A stretch of DNA of 64,000 bases, taken from the NCBI GenBank assembly GCA_040285855.1, contig JAUFOQ010000004.1, forward strand, positions 558,001 to 622,000, in the 5' to 3' direction. Under the pieces are notes generated by a model, which saw nothing but the letters and a program-made list of their open reading frames with translations, ran no database searches and had not been told where the DNA came from. The DNA comes from Eukaryota sp. GEM-RC1. Lineage: Eukaryota. Numbering within the stretch: position 1 is the first letter of the stretch; every line of letters starts with the position of its first letter. Position numbers and translations under genes: made by a program. Positions 38,745 to 51,200 of this stretch are shown piece after piece.

Positions 38745-39662
38745 CTAGTGAGATGTACGATTTCTTGTTTTCATACGGTGGTGGTTGCGAGCTACAACAG
38801 GGGCGGACTTGTGGTGTTGGGCTTTCCAAGCAGCGTCTAGTTTAGAGTTAGCACGGGCAGTTGCGGGACCTCTAGCTTGAGGAGGTTCATCAATGTACTT
38901 CCTGCGGTAAGCGTAGTAGGCGGCAGTATTCTCTACTGAGCGACCTTCCCAGGTGGTAGTACCATCCAGCCCGTTTTTGAATGAAGAGAAGACACGGGAA
39001 GAGACGGAAGAAGGAGTGATGCCTTTGATAAAGGAGGACAGGAAGTGATCTTCTTTGAAAATCAGGTGGGAGATCTGTTTCTTGAGGTCTTGAAACCTTA
39101 GAACGTAGTCTGCCAAGCGCATGGAGGACTCTTTTATAGAGGGGTTCATACTGATCTTCGAAAGCAGGCGGTCGGCGAGAGCTTCATCATGAATGAGAGA
39201 ATTGGAGTAGATCCACGCAAGAAGTTGTTCGTTGTCTTCCTCAGCTTCGGGGCAGAGAAGGGGAATGGCGGATAAAAGGCGTGGGCTAATGAAGCGGCGG
39301 ATAACAGGGATAAGAGAGTTCATCTCTGGCGGGACAGAGACTTCGGATGGGTCTGGACAGAACTGTAGCATAGGAGAGCGAACAATTCTGGAGGGAGGAG
39401 CGGGACCTCCGGCTGGTACAGCTTCAGCTTCGTTACTGTCGTCTTCGGACTCAGTGGCGGACTCGAACTCTTCAACTTCGGCGGCAGGGCGGGACAATGC
39501 TTCGGAAGCCTGGAGAGCAGCGGCGTAAGCTTGGAGGTCCTCCAAGAACTTACAAGACTCCAGACGGGAGGTTCCGTTCAGGAGTGGGGCTGAGAGTGAG
39601 TTGGTTTGTTGGGGATTGCCCACAGTAATTACTGTTGGTCTTTGTGCACTAAAATGGTACAT
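38745..39662 (-). CDS. Gag-like protein with chromodomain-like tail, copy 4
   Basis: Intact 305-aa ORF in the repeat unit. Confidence 0.6.
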   Translation of the reverse strand: MYHFSAQRPTVITVGNPQQTNSLSAPLLNGTSRLESCKFLEDLQAYAAALQASEALSRPAAEVEEFESATESEDDSNEAEAVPAGGPAPPSRIVRSPMLQFCPDPSEVSVPPEMNSLIPVIRRFISPRLLSAIPLLCPEAEEDNEQLLAWIYSNSLIHDEALADRLLSKISMNPSIKESSMRLADYVLRFQDLKKQISHLIFKEDHFLSSFIKGITPSSVSSRVFSSFKNGLDGTTTWEGRSVENTAAYYAYRRKYIDEPPQARGPATARANSKLDAAWKAQHHKSAPVVARNHHRMKTRNRTSH

Positions 39663-40692
39663 ACTTAAAGAGGAGAACCTTTATAAGGATAAGAACCTCT
39701 GTAGATGTAAGGGGGAAGATAAAAACCTAATATGAAATTACACAAATCTACAACTACAACATTTTGATGTTTATTTTGGTTAGATTGATCTAACTGTCTG
39801 TCAGGATTGATCAATCTTTTTTAAAGATAACTGATTGACGTTATTAGGTATCCATTCAAATGTTAGTGATCTTGTTATGATTATTATTTCATTATACAAA
39901 AGAGAGATTTAATGGACCCTAATTCAAGCAAGGTTCCAAGTATTATTACTCCAACTAGTACTGTTTTCAATACTTTAGGGTTGCAAAGATATACTCTGAC
40001 GGAACTCTCAATTTGGAATTTTTTAACAGTGTAACAAACGTCTGTCGGAAGATTTGATCTGAAAAAGATGATTGCACTTTGAATATAGTATGACAATTTC
40101 CGGTTCTGTTTCCATATTGGCAAGACTATAATACAATCCAGGGATGCCGAAAAATATATTGCAATCCGATATATTTTTCGGCATCCCTGATACAATCAAT
40201 TTAAGCATATTTCTTAGTTACTGCATTTATAAATAAACATGATAAACATAATAATGGGCATCAGATGTTCACTGTACTTTTTCTCAGAAATAGTTTATTG
40301 ATGGAGGGTACAAAAATGTGCATTGTACCTGTAGTTTTCATGAATTTGTTTACATATATATACTAAAGCTAAAATTTGATGTAATTATAACAACACCGGT
40401 CGCCATCAAATCCTACAACTGCTTTGTCCTCATAAAGAGAACTCACAGTCTGGACAATATAATTTGGTTTAAACAACAAGTATAACTATATTTTTCCAAT
40501 CCCTGATTCCAATAAATGTGGTATGAACTTGAACTTCTGTGTAGGGTATATTGGTAATGTTGATCACAGCAAGAGGTCTGGAAAAGTCCTAAAAAATCAT
40601 TCCCGTTTCCCATCTTCATGACATCATTACCTCTAACTTCTATCACTTTTTCGGGACTTGCGACCCGTAAAGCGTCAGTATGTGAGGAAATC

Positions 40693-41474
40693 ATGAGTGG
40701 AAATGGGCCAAAACGTCCCAATCCTACCATTATTGCTATTGCTGGTGGAACTGCTTCGGGGAAGGTTTGTCTTCCCTAACTTCCTAATTGCAGACCACAC
40801 TCAGCAGGAAAATCATTGAGATGATAGACTTTGACAAAAACCGTGTCGCTATCATTTCTCAGGATTCCTTCTACAAGGTCTTGAGTGCTGAAGAACGGGA
40901 ACTCGCCAAGAAAGGTGAGTACAATTTCGATAGCCCTGATGCTTTTGATAAGAAGCTCTTCATTGATACCTTAGATCGTCTCCGCAGAGGTAAGCAAGTC
41001 GACATCCCTACATATGACTTCAAAACTAGCTCTCGAACCGATGAATCCACCCGTGTCAATCTGGTTGAATGTATCCTTGTGGAAGGAATTCTCGTTCTCT
41101 CTCCTGAATACTGCCACCTCTACGACATGAAGATCTTTGTGGATACTGACTCTGACATCCGTTTGGCTCGTCGTATCAAAAGAGATACTGTTGAACGTGG
41201 TAGAACAATGGACTCCATTCTCTCTCAATACCTCACCCATGTTAAGCCTTCGTATGACCAATTTGTCAAGCCTTGTAAACGCAATGCTGACTTGGTCATT
41301 CCTTGGGGTGCTGAAAACACGGTGGCCGTTGAACTCATTGTCCGGTCTATTAAACACGTGTTGCAGGCTTGTTCTAACTACTCCAAGAAGTCTGGAACTA
41401 AGTCTAGTTCTAGAACTTCTTCTAGAAACAGCCTTTCAGCATATAGTTCTGATACAGAGGACTCCCTCTTTTAG
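40693..41474 (+). CDS. UCK: Uridine-cytidine kinase, 2 exons (29-nt intron 40765-40793)
   Basis: Splicing restores the P-loop IAIAGGTASGK|TT; SQDSFY, YNFDSPDAFD, VEGILV, DTDSDIRLARRIKRD..ERGR. Confidence 0.95.
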
Positions 41475-41559
41475 TTTTTAGTCTGTTTTTGCATAAATGT
41501 GAATATTTAAGCCAATAATTGTTAATTTAATGTAATTAAATATGATACATTTATTAGAA

Positions 41560-44500
41560 TTAAATAATTTGATTGCAGTTTTCAGTCATGTTGACTGCAA
41601 GTGTTTTAATTGCGTTTTGGATAACGTCATCAACAACTCTGCGGAATTGTTTTCGTTTAAGAATTTTAAAAGAATTTGAAACTGTTGAATCTTTTACAGT
41701 AGAAGATTTCAAACGATTTGATTTTTGTGAAATTTTGAAATCTCCTAACAAGGTCCTCGTTCTATCAAATTTAGGAAGCAATTCATCAATCAAAATTGAT
41801 TGCTTTGACGAAATATCATTCAACACCTTTTGCGAAAGAATTCTGCTATTCAATTCCTTTTGAACAAATTCAGAAATTTGACGAAGAAAATCAGTGGAAA
41901 CATCCACAACAAGCTGCTTCTTTCTTACATCCTGAATTCCTCGTCTTGGCACTCTATCAACTTCATCTCGAGAATAATCTTTAACTGCACTGTTGACGTG
42001 ACCAACGATAGCTGGTTGTGGAGAAAAGGAGATTGAAGTGAAGAGATCAATGGAGGAAAACGAAAGAATTGCGTTTGCAGCATCTTCAGGATATTGCGAA
42101 CCAAAGTTCTTTGGGAATAATTTAAAAACATCACTCAAATCAGCTGATTGTTGACGTTTGCGATCACCTTGACTGGGACGGAATGATTGAGACGTTGCCA
42201 ATGATCTCAATCGATCAAGCTGAGCATGACTGTGGTCATCAATTGGTGTGGTCTTCTTCTTTCTCGAAGAATATCCAAAGAATTCCGAAGAATTCATGTT
42301 TCTTTTGGGCTTACTAACTGACCGGAATCCAGAAGGAGCTAGAGAACTGCCTAATCCAACTCTAGATCTGGCAACTGAAGAAACTGTGGCAGTCAAATGA
42401 ACAGAGGATCGTTGTGGTTCTGTTGATTCTTGATCAGGGTCAAAATCATCACGTTCACCTTCCTCATCTGTAGAATCATCATTACGATCACGTGTAACCC
42501 ACTTCTTTCTTAGTATTTCATAAGCATCAATCAACTTCTTTCTTTTGCTTTCATTTACGATTACACAACGGAGATCTAATACTGAGGAAACGTTTCCAAT
42601 AGAAGATAGAACTGTACAAGTTACGCTTGAATTGGGTTGGACGAGAGCAGAATGAGGTGAAATATTTAAAATTTCGGAATTATTTACCAAATAATGTCGG
42701 TTGAGCAGTGATGAGTTGAATGAATCCGGTCTAAATTTAAACGAGAAAATGTCAGAATCTGACGTATTCCTCAGAGTCAACAGGAATCTTTGAGAAGACC
42801 CTGGTTGTCCTGGAAACAAAAGACAGAAGAAGGAAGAACTGTCAAAGAAGTCGCATCACGCGATGATTGTGTCGAAATAGGAAGGTGAGTCAGTAGATGA
42901 TTGGGTCGGAGTGGCAGGTAGATACTTAGGGGATTGGTGATTGTATAATTAAGGGCGATTTTAAAGTAGAAAGGGGTTGAATCTAGGAATTGACATTCAA
43001 AGGTCAATATTTCGGAAAACTTGCCTAGAGATAAACCAAATATTTTAAAATCAACATGAATAGAAGAATTTCGCTGAAGAAGCATGCTTGCGATTTGATT
43101 AAACGACGTAAACTCAAAGAATTTAGAGCTATGTTGCTTAATCAAATTTAATTCAACAGGAAAAGTTGATATATTTGAAAGAATCAGTGAATTGAAATGA
43201 ACTTGACCCATTTCTAACTCACCAAAATCAACAACGTGAGCATGATTTGAAAATTCCTTTAAAATTTCAATATTTCCAAAGGCCAAAGGGTTCACACATC
43301 CCTGTATACAGACGGGCAATACAGTAGTAGTTTCAGGCTCAACAAATGAAAGAGACTTTGGATATGTTTGAGAGTGGAAGTTACAAACAAAAGTTTTACC
43401 ATTAAATACAGAAAATACAACTTGTAAATCCGAAAGTCCTGGAATAGAATGTGAGGCTCTGAATTTGAGAGAAAATGACGAGTGTGGCTCAATCGTGAAC
43501 TCTTCATGTTCAAAAGTGATCTCATCATGTGATGGCTCACCATCACCTTCCGTTTCCGATGAGATGACAGTCGGAAGTTCATCACTAGTTCGATTAATAG
43601 TTTCAATTGCCCAAGGTTCAACTGACAATTTGAAAGAATTCCTGGTCAATAACTGTACAGAAACTGGACAAACATTATGATTATAGAGATCAAAAACAAT
43701 GGTAGAGTCGGGCTCACCCTGAGCTGCAACAGGAAAGTAAACGTCAGTTGATTGAAGCATCTTCATCAACTTTGATGAATCACCATCAATGAAACGTGAC
43801 GATCCAGAAAACTTGATTTCACCTGGAGTGATATCTGATCGAAGAATTGAATTTAACTTTACAAAGCCAGATAGACACAAAGAATTAGCTCCAGAAATGT
43901 GGAGAGGAATTCCATGTTGGTCACTAGAAACTTGATGAGGTGTTCGGTAACACGTGGCTTGATCAATCAGAAATGATGGTCTGACTGACAATGACGTGAT
44001 GTTGAGTGTTGTAGCACTGGATTTGAAGGGCAAGACGGCAGAAATAGTCCCATCAATTCTACCAATCACATTTGGAGTGATCTCAATATCGACTGCCACG
44101 TAACCTCTTGCTGGAATCAATGTCGATGATGGACATAGAATGATTGAAGCAGTAGGAGGTTGATCTGCTAATTTGATTGAATCAGACAAGTGACCAATGG
44201 GATGGGAGACTGAAACAAACTGGCAATTGACAGGTGCAGAGCTATTGTTTTTGACCTTGATTGATTGAATGTGTTTTTCATTGATAACAAGAGAACCAAA
44301 ATCAACAGCAGCAGGTTCAAATTCGACGACAGATTCGATTGCTTGACCGGTAACTTCAATGAAGAAGTCTTGGGAAATCTCATTAGACTCAGATGATGAC
44401 GATGCAGTCAAGAAAAGTCTTTCAGAATATTGACCTACAGCTTTTGGCTTGAAATAAAGAGTCACTTTGGCATCTTGATTACCATTGAGTGGACCATCAA

Positions 44501-46700
44501 CAACGTCCACAAAGAAGCAAGAATCTTCAGGAATCTTCCAAGAATAGGTCAGAAACAAGGAGAAGCTGGAGTTTGTGATTGAAATGAAGGATTTGCTGGT
44601 AGTTCCAATAGAAGTATCAGCAAAATTAACTAACTGTTTAGAAAACTTAACTCGCGGTAGTGAAATATTTCCATATAATTCAACAAATGGACAGAAAGCA
44701 GAAGGTAAACTTTTTAAGTTCTTAAGTGACAAATCAGTAACAAACCTGGTCAAACAGATTCCCATCAAACAACCGTGATGGAGTTCAGTTAAGGAATGAG
44801 GCAAATCACCATCATAACGATACGTCAGTAGAACAATGGTGTAGCTGTTTCCTGGAATAACGCCGACTTTTGGATATACATTGAAGCACTTTGATTCTGA
44901 GAATATTAAAATATTGAAATATTCAGGAGTATCACCTTCGTTTTTCAACATAAAAGTTCTACAAACAGTTGATTTCGGGATTGTACTTCCAAATACGATT
45001 CTTTTAGGCTCAAATGAAACAATTGGCATTGCGGAATTAGCAACTGTAAGAGATGATGAGTAGGTATCACCCAAAATGGAAAGAATGACGTGTGATGACG
45101 GTCGAGGGTCGGAAACAAGGTTTTTGGAACGTTGGATTTTTGGGAAGGCAAATATTTCCAGATTGTCAATGAACAACTCATTCTGACCAGTTGGTTCAAA
45201 AACAACAGTTATTTCTTTAGAAGTCAATGGACTGAGCTCTATTATTGCATCTCTCAATGAAAAAACTGAGTTTTGACTGACAAACTTCATGTTTAACTTT
45301 TGAGCCAAATGGGTCGTGTTTTCAATGAAAATCTTTTTGGAATATTTCGGACCAACGTCAACTGATTGAAAGTCAATCAAACTCGTCGAAATTCTAATAC
45401 TTTGATTGATATAATCAACTCCTTGTGGTAGTATTGGTTCGTGAATGTTGTTCAATTCAGTTGGAGCTTCAGGCAAACACGGAAACTCAGTCTGTTTACA
45501 ATTAAAAACACCATTACCTTTTAAAAATTTTAAATTTGTCGAAGCATTTTCAATCAGCCCATGTACTTCCTTAAACAGCTCATAAGAGTCACGTGACAGG
45601 ATTGCAGGTCTAGGCACAGCAGAAGCACTTGGATAAGCAGTTCCAAGTAAATCAACAGACAAAAGCTGAGATTTGAACAAAGTAAATACATAAAGAGTAG
45701 AAGTATAATGGCCAAACTTTGGTGGGGAAAAGTTAATTAAAATGGAATGAGTCGAGTTCCTAGTCAAGCTGATTCTTGTTGACGCTAATCCAAAAACACC
45801 TTTCCATCTTTTAAGAGAACAACCTGAAAGAAATAGCATTAGATTAACTGCGAAGTTGGAGTGATTGGAAATAGTGATCTCTTTTATTTGATTGGAGCCC
45901 TCAATGACGTCTTCGAAGGTCACACAGTCAGTGGAAATCTCAAGACTCGGAATGGAGATTGATCCTTCGACTGTGAATGATTGTGATTGAGGAAGTCCTG
46001 GAATTTCAATCGAGAATCGGTCAATAATTGATAGTTCAGAAATTCCTTGACTAAAATCAGCGTTGACTGTTATCCCTACTGAATCATTAGGGGCAATAAC
46101 ACCCTGTGGAGGAAACAGGGAGAACACACCACTCACCCCAACTAATTTTGATTGAGGTGTCACGTCATCATGTGATTTATGACCTGTTTGAGTGAGTGTC
46201 TCTGCATAATCATCATCAACAGTGTTTCTAATGGTAAAATTCAAGGGAACTAGAGATTTGTTGTGGAGAAATAGCTTTTTACAAGTAGTAGTATTTGGTA
46301 GAACCGATTCAAAGTCCAGAACACGGGAAGAGAGAAAAGGGAACGGAAGTTTGGAGATTGAGGTCAGCTCAATGTTGGAGGATAGAGAGTCAATATCAGA
46401 AGGTACGGAAGACGTGATTGTGAGGAGAACTTGTGAAATCAAGGCAGTACACTCTGGTGGGAATATGGCAACATCAACCGAAAGAGTAGAGGAAGGATCT
46501 AGAGAACCGTAAGAAGGGTTTATGTTGAAGGGGAACGGACAGTCAAAATCAAAGTCAAAGGGTGCTGTACCAGTATTTGAGAGACGTAAAGTTTGTGTTG
46601 AAAGAACACCAACGGGAATAAAACCAAAATCACAACGGTCTGTGCATGTGTATTTTAGTTTGGGTACTAGTTGAGTGGTACCTCGTAGTTTGCCACGCAT
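41560..46700 (-). CDS. CFAP65/HYDIN-like ciliary protein with repeated ASH (Ig-like) domains (frameshift ~42810)
   Basis: Many DFG.V....L.L.N.....F...P..G.I.P repeats; LSVEPWA and SHSIPG segments resemble CFAP65; two overlapping ORFs. Confidence 0.75.
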
Positions 46701-46757
46701 AAGAGATGGTTCTGAACTTCAACCAAAAGCAATTTGAGTCACCTCCTTCAACACAAC

Positions 46758-47351
46758 ATGTTGACCAAAGTCATCGTCTTATCCCTATTTCTCTTATCAA
46801 TTGTCATCGCTACTGAATGTTCTCCACCAGAGGATTGGGATCCGAATTCTCCTCTTGATATTCTTTGTTGCCAACTTCCAGAACACTTCTATCATTGCAT
46901 ACTAGAGGAGGACCAGTGTGATGACTGGATGAATTCATACACAGAAAAACCAATACAAGGAGTTGCTACTTGCTACCTCAGCAGTGATGTTCCTTGCTCC
47001 GGACCTCGTACTTGGACTAGAAAGGCACCATGTATACGTACAAACGGCAAACGATATCCCTCTCTTCTGTTTCTATCCGCCCTTGGAGGCATCTTTGGTG
47101 CAGATCGATTCTACCTAAACCAATATGGAATTGCTGTTTTAAAGCTGTTATCTGTAGGAGGTCTTGGCTTTTGGTGGCTTGTTGACATCATTATAGTGAT
47201 CAATGGTCAAATGTGTCCGAATGCTAACTGTGTTTGGGAAAGTGTTTTTGATTGTAGTGGCTCGCTTCTTTGTTTTACTTCGTTGTTTGATTTTGGAAAA
47301 CTAGTTCATGGATTTGTATGTGTTACTTGGCTCGTATGGTCTCGCTTATAA
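46758..47351 (+). CDS. TM2 domain-containing protein
   Basis: Signal peptide, Cys-rich ectodomain, LSALGGIFGADRFYL...LKLLSVGGLGFWWLVDII. Confidence 0.9.
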   Translation: MLTKVIVLSLFLLSIVIATECSPPEDWDPNSPLDILCCQLPEHFYHCILEEDQCDDWMNSYTEKPIQGVATCYLSSDVPCSGPRTWTRKAPCIRTNGKRYPSLLFLSALGGIFGADRFYLNQYGIAVLKLLSVGGLGFWWLVDIIIVINGQMCPNANCVWESVFDCSGSLLCFTSLFDFGKLVHGFVCVTWLVWSRL

Positions 47352-47565
47352 GACCAATGTTAGTAGTTAAGTCCTTTATCATTGACTTAAAAGATTAATC
47401 CTGGATCTTTACCCAATAGATTTTATTTGTATAGTAATTGTTTCTGGAGACGACATTCATGTAGTAATGTAGGGCTGTGTTCAATACATTTCAAGTCTGT
47501 TAGCAAACATTTATTCTGATTGTTTTAATTGGTTTTAAAAAGAAAAACCTCCAACCCAAACCTAA

Positions 47566-48033
47566 ATGGTTGATGCAAGTGCTTCTTTAAACAGTCTCGC
47601 CAGTTCTACTGATGATGATCTTATCCGTGCATTCAATCTCTTTGACAAGGATGGTGACGGATCTATTTCTTTAGATGAAGTCTACGAAGTTGTCAAGACT
47701 CTTAATCTTGATCTTTCAAAGGAACAAGTTACCAACATGTTCCACCCTATTGACAAGGATAACAATTTCCAAGTGGATTTTGAGGAGTTCCGCTCTTTGC
47801 TAATGTCAACACAACATCAACTTGCATCTCAATCTCAAATCATTGAAGCTTTCAGAGTGTTTGACGTTGGTAATGGTACTGTTGCGGTAGATGGAATCTT
47901 ACCATTACTGCAAGACCTCGGGGATCGTTTCACAGCTGAAGAAGCTTTGGAATTTGTAGAGTCCTTGAAGAAGTTTACCCATAATGGATTCCTGGACTAC
48001 TGGAAGTTTGTGGAAGAGATGAATGACTATTAG
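47566..48033 (+). CDS. Calmodulin-like EF-hand protein (155 aa)
   Basis: AFNLFDKDGDGSISLDE and IDKDNNFQVDFEEF loops; degenerate third and fourth hands. Confidence 0.9.
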   Translation: MVDASASLNSLASSTDDDLIRAFNLFDKDGDGSISLDEVYEVVKTLNLDLSKEQVTNMFHPIDKDNNFQVDFEEFRSLLMSTQHQLASQSQIIEAFRVFDVGNGTVAVDGILPLLQDLGDRFTAEEALEFVESLKKFTHNGFLDYWKFVEEMNDY

Positions 48034-48227
48034 AAGTTAATACTGAACAACTAGAACGGTAAAGCAAACCTCATGCATTGTACTGTATGTAGTACTTTTA
48101 ATGATGAAGTTGGGCATTTTAATTTATTTGAAATTTGAAATAACTTACAGTGATTATGATACAAGTCGGAGAAATTAAATCTTTCTTGGAGGTGAGCTCG
48201 AAGTATAGCCCTCACGTACCAATCTCA

Positions 48228-51200
48228 TCAAATCCGATTGAAACTTTCCTTTAATTTTGCAAAACCAAAATTTTCAGAATTTCGATCTTTGAATAATTTA
48301 CATCTATTCAATGCTTCTTCAAAAGAATTCGTTAATAAAACCCTTCTTTTAAAATTATTTCTTGGGTTAAATGCTCTGAGTCCAAGTACTATTAAAAGAA
48401 ACAAGGTAGACTTGTGATCAAGACCTGGGTAAATCAATTGAGGAACTTCTTCATTAGTGGAAAGTTTTGAAAAGATTGTTTCAAGGGTAGAAGTGAAAAC
48501 AAAGTTGATGTAATCTGGAACAGGTAATTGTTTAATGGTATCGTCATCAGCAAATAGAAGTGCAAAGTTTTGATCCTTTTGTTTTTCTGAATATTCAATT
48601 TCAGCCAAATAAAGATAGTAATGAGGACGTTTTAAGAATAAGTCGCGTTTTACATCATCATAAAGAGCCACGGTGATGTCATCGATCTCAATCAAAAATG
48701 ATTGATCTGATCTGAACCACTTTTGCTGTGACAAAAGGAAAGGACAATAATACTGAAAAGCGATTGATTTGTTGACGTGAGAGGTTTCCTTTGGCACTGG
48801 AATTAATTTAGAAGCATTAAACAAAGAAAATGCTGACGGAGCCGATGCAAATAATTTAAAATTCGTCAGCAACGTATCACAAAGTAGTGGAGTATTGACC
48901 TTTTCCAAAGAATTCCGTTGAAAGATCGTCAGACAATCAGAATTCCTTTCCGGAAACTCATCCTTTAAAGCAAAGTGAACAGCACATGGAACAACTCTTT
49001 GGGATGGGAATAGAGAATTGCAAACGTAATGGGAGACTGAATCTAATTGGAGTGGAGAAATTGATTGTTCGCGGAAGGAAAGAGCAAAATCAATGACGTC
49101 GACATCGTGACTGTAAACAAAAACATGGGAATTTGGAGATGAAGCGTAGTTAGTGGTGACGTTTTCCGGTACGATTAAATGAGTTAAATAATTAATGGGG
49201 GAATGATCATTCAAAATGCTCTTGACATTTTCACATATTTCAGGAAAATCACATTGAATTAGTACAAATTGATGATTTGAAATACAATTAAATGCAGATT
49301 TCAATAGCAATCCACTCAAAACGTTGTAGTCTGACACGACATCTGATTGAGACTCTTTCAAAATTTGATTGATGACGTGATGGTCAGGATTACGCAGCAA
49401 GAGATCAGCAAACGCTTGATTCGGATCAATAAACATGGCACCTATAGCAGCTGCTATTTTCTTAGAAACAGAATGTTCAAGACAACTCAAAACAAACACT
49501 GAGTGGACGGGACGGACTTTTGACTTGATTTTAACAGTTTTAAAAAGAAACGGGGGTTGTTTACCAGCAAAATGTTTGAAAAATTTAGAAATTTTGAGAG
49601 AATATTTGGAGTTGTACTGTTTAACACCCAGTTTCTGAACTGAACAATTAGGGTACACTTCCTGAATTACTGTGGAATACTCGTCAAGAGAAGTCAATTG
49701 ACTTTCTGCAGCTATTCGAATTTCTTCTGAGATCCGTTGATCCTGTTGAATCGAAGCTTCACGAATAGCAGAAATATATTCAAAATAATTAGAAATTTCC
49801 TCAGGTAGTTCAATATCTCCACCCAGTTCCTTACTGAACTTCAATCTAGTAACAATGGAGTCAACATCTTCAGTTAAAAACAAACACGCATTAGGTTTAA
49901 GATTGGATGGGAGTTGTTCGAACCAACCCTGACCTCCAATCAAATTTAATTGAGGGTCGGAATCAGCTGTGTGGAAAAGACAATCACGGTGATCGTTGAT
50001 TGATGTTTTAAACACTACAACAACAGACTTATCTGCTGCTGATAGTGACTTTACCTTAGTAGATAGAGCTTCAACAAATGTAGTGAGATATTTGGAAATT
50101 TTGTCACTTTCTGATTCTTGGGGTTCTTGAGCTTCTTCTGGATCATCCTCGTTGTCAGACTCAGCAGCTTCTTTTTGAGCTGCAGGTCGTAAATCATCTG
50201 ACTTTACAAGACTTAGAGCATCAATGAACTTAAAGCCATTTCGGATAACTAAAGCAGATAGCCAATCAGTTTTGAATGATTTTGATAGGTAAACGTGAAT
50301 GATTCTAGCAGGGGGTATCATTGAAGAGAATTGTTTAAAGAAGAATGAAGGATATAGTAGAAAAGTTGACAGATGCTCCTCGTTAGTGAACTGAAAATAA
50401 TTACCATTAAAAAACGCAGAAAACTCGGGATTTCCCTTGATAAAATCACCATCAATCAGTAACGTCATGGGGCAGAATCCTTCTAGGAAAGTCTTGCCTG
50501 AAGGATCTGTAACACGAGTTGCGGTGTTGGTCACAAACGAGGGAACTAGTGCCGCAATCACTGAATCAGATTTGAAATAATTAGGAGAATTCAAATGTTC
50601 CAATATTTTAGTTTTATACAAATTGATTGGTACAATATCGTCATCAGTCAAGAACTTCTTTGCTGCCATTTGAGCAAATGTAAAGTAAGTATCACCATCA
50701 GTTTCTGGTAAGAGAACAATCAACTTCTTTGGGGAAAGTTTAGTTGAAAAGAACTGGGGCAATACTGAGGATAAGTCAGACATATCAATTGAAGAAAAAA
50801 TTAAAAAATGTTCTGGTATTGGGGAATCATTGTCGTTTTCGGAAAAAGCGAATTTGGAAGGAGGTAAGTTAGTCTCAGATTTAAATTTTTCCAGAAACTC
50901 AGAATATTCAGAACCTAGGGTAATACGTTCAAATACTTCATTTTTTGAAATTTTTTTGACAATTAAATGTTGATCCATTAGTGACAGGATATTCAGAGGG
51001 TCTAGTATTAAAACATTGGGCACATGATTGAATTGTGGAATCACGTGATGATTCATTTCCAAATGTTGAATTAGTTCAACTCTAGATTCCTCAGATTCAC
51101 AGAAATACATTGACTTTCCGAAAACTAACGTAAACTCAGGACTGCCATTAATCACTTTTGATTGAGTTTTAGATTTGATAGGGTCAGTGATCCCAAACGG

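Larger units (their letters stand above)
35169..39761 (-). repeat. Head-to-tail array of a 1058-bp unit (4 full copies plus a ~361-bp partial); LTR-retroelement derivative
   Basis: Units 35530-36587, 36588-37645, 37646-38703 and 38704-39761 differ at only ~7 sites; on the minus strand each starts TGTTGTAG and ends in the purine tract AAGAAGAAAAGGCAG. Confidence 0.95.

Noticed and set aside
36058..39528. Repeated 98-aa plus-strand ORFs (likewise the 76-aa ORFs at 58629-61475)
   Set aside because: Antisense shadows of repeated coding sequence
35169..39761. CRISPR array or rDNA/satellite interpretation of the tandem repeat
   Set aside because: Units are 1058 bp, near-identical, protein-coding, with no spacers or rRNA similarity
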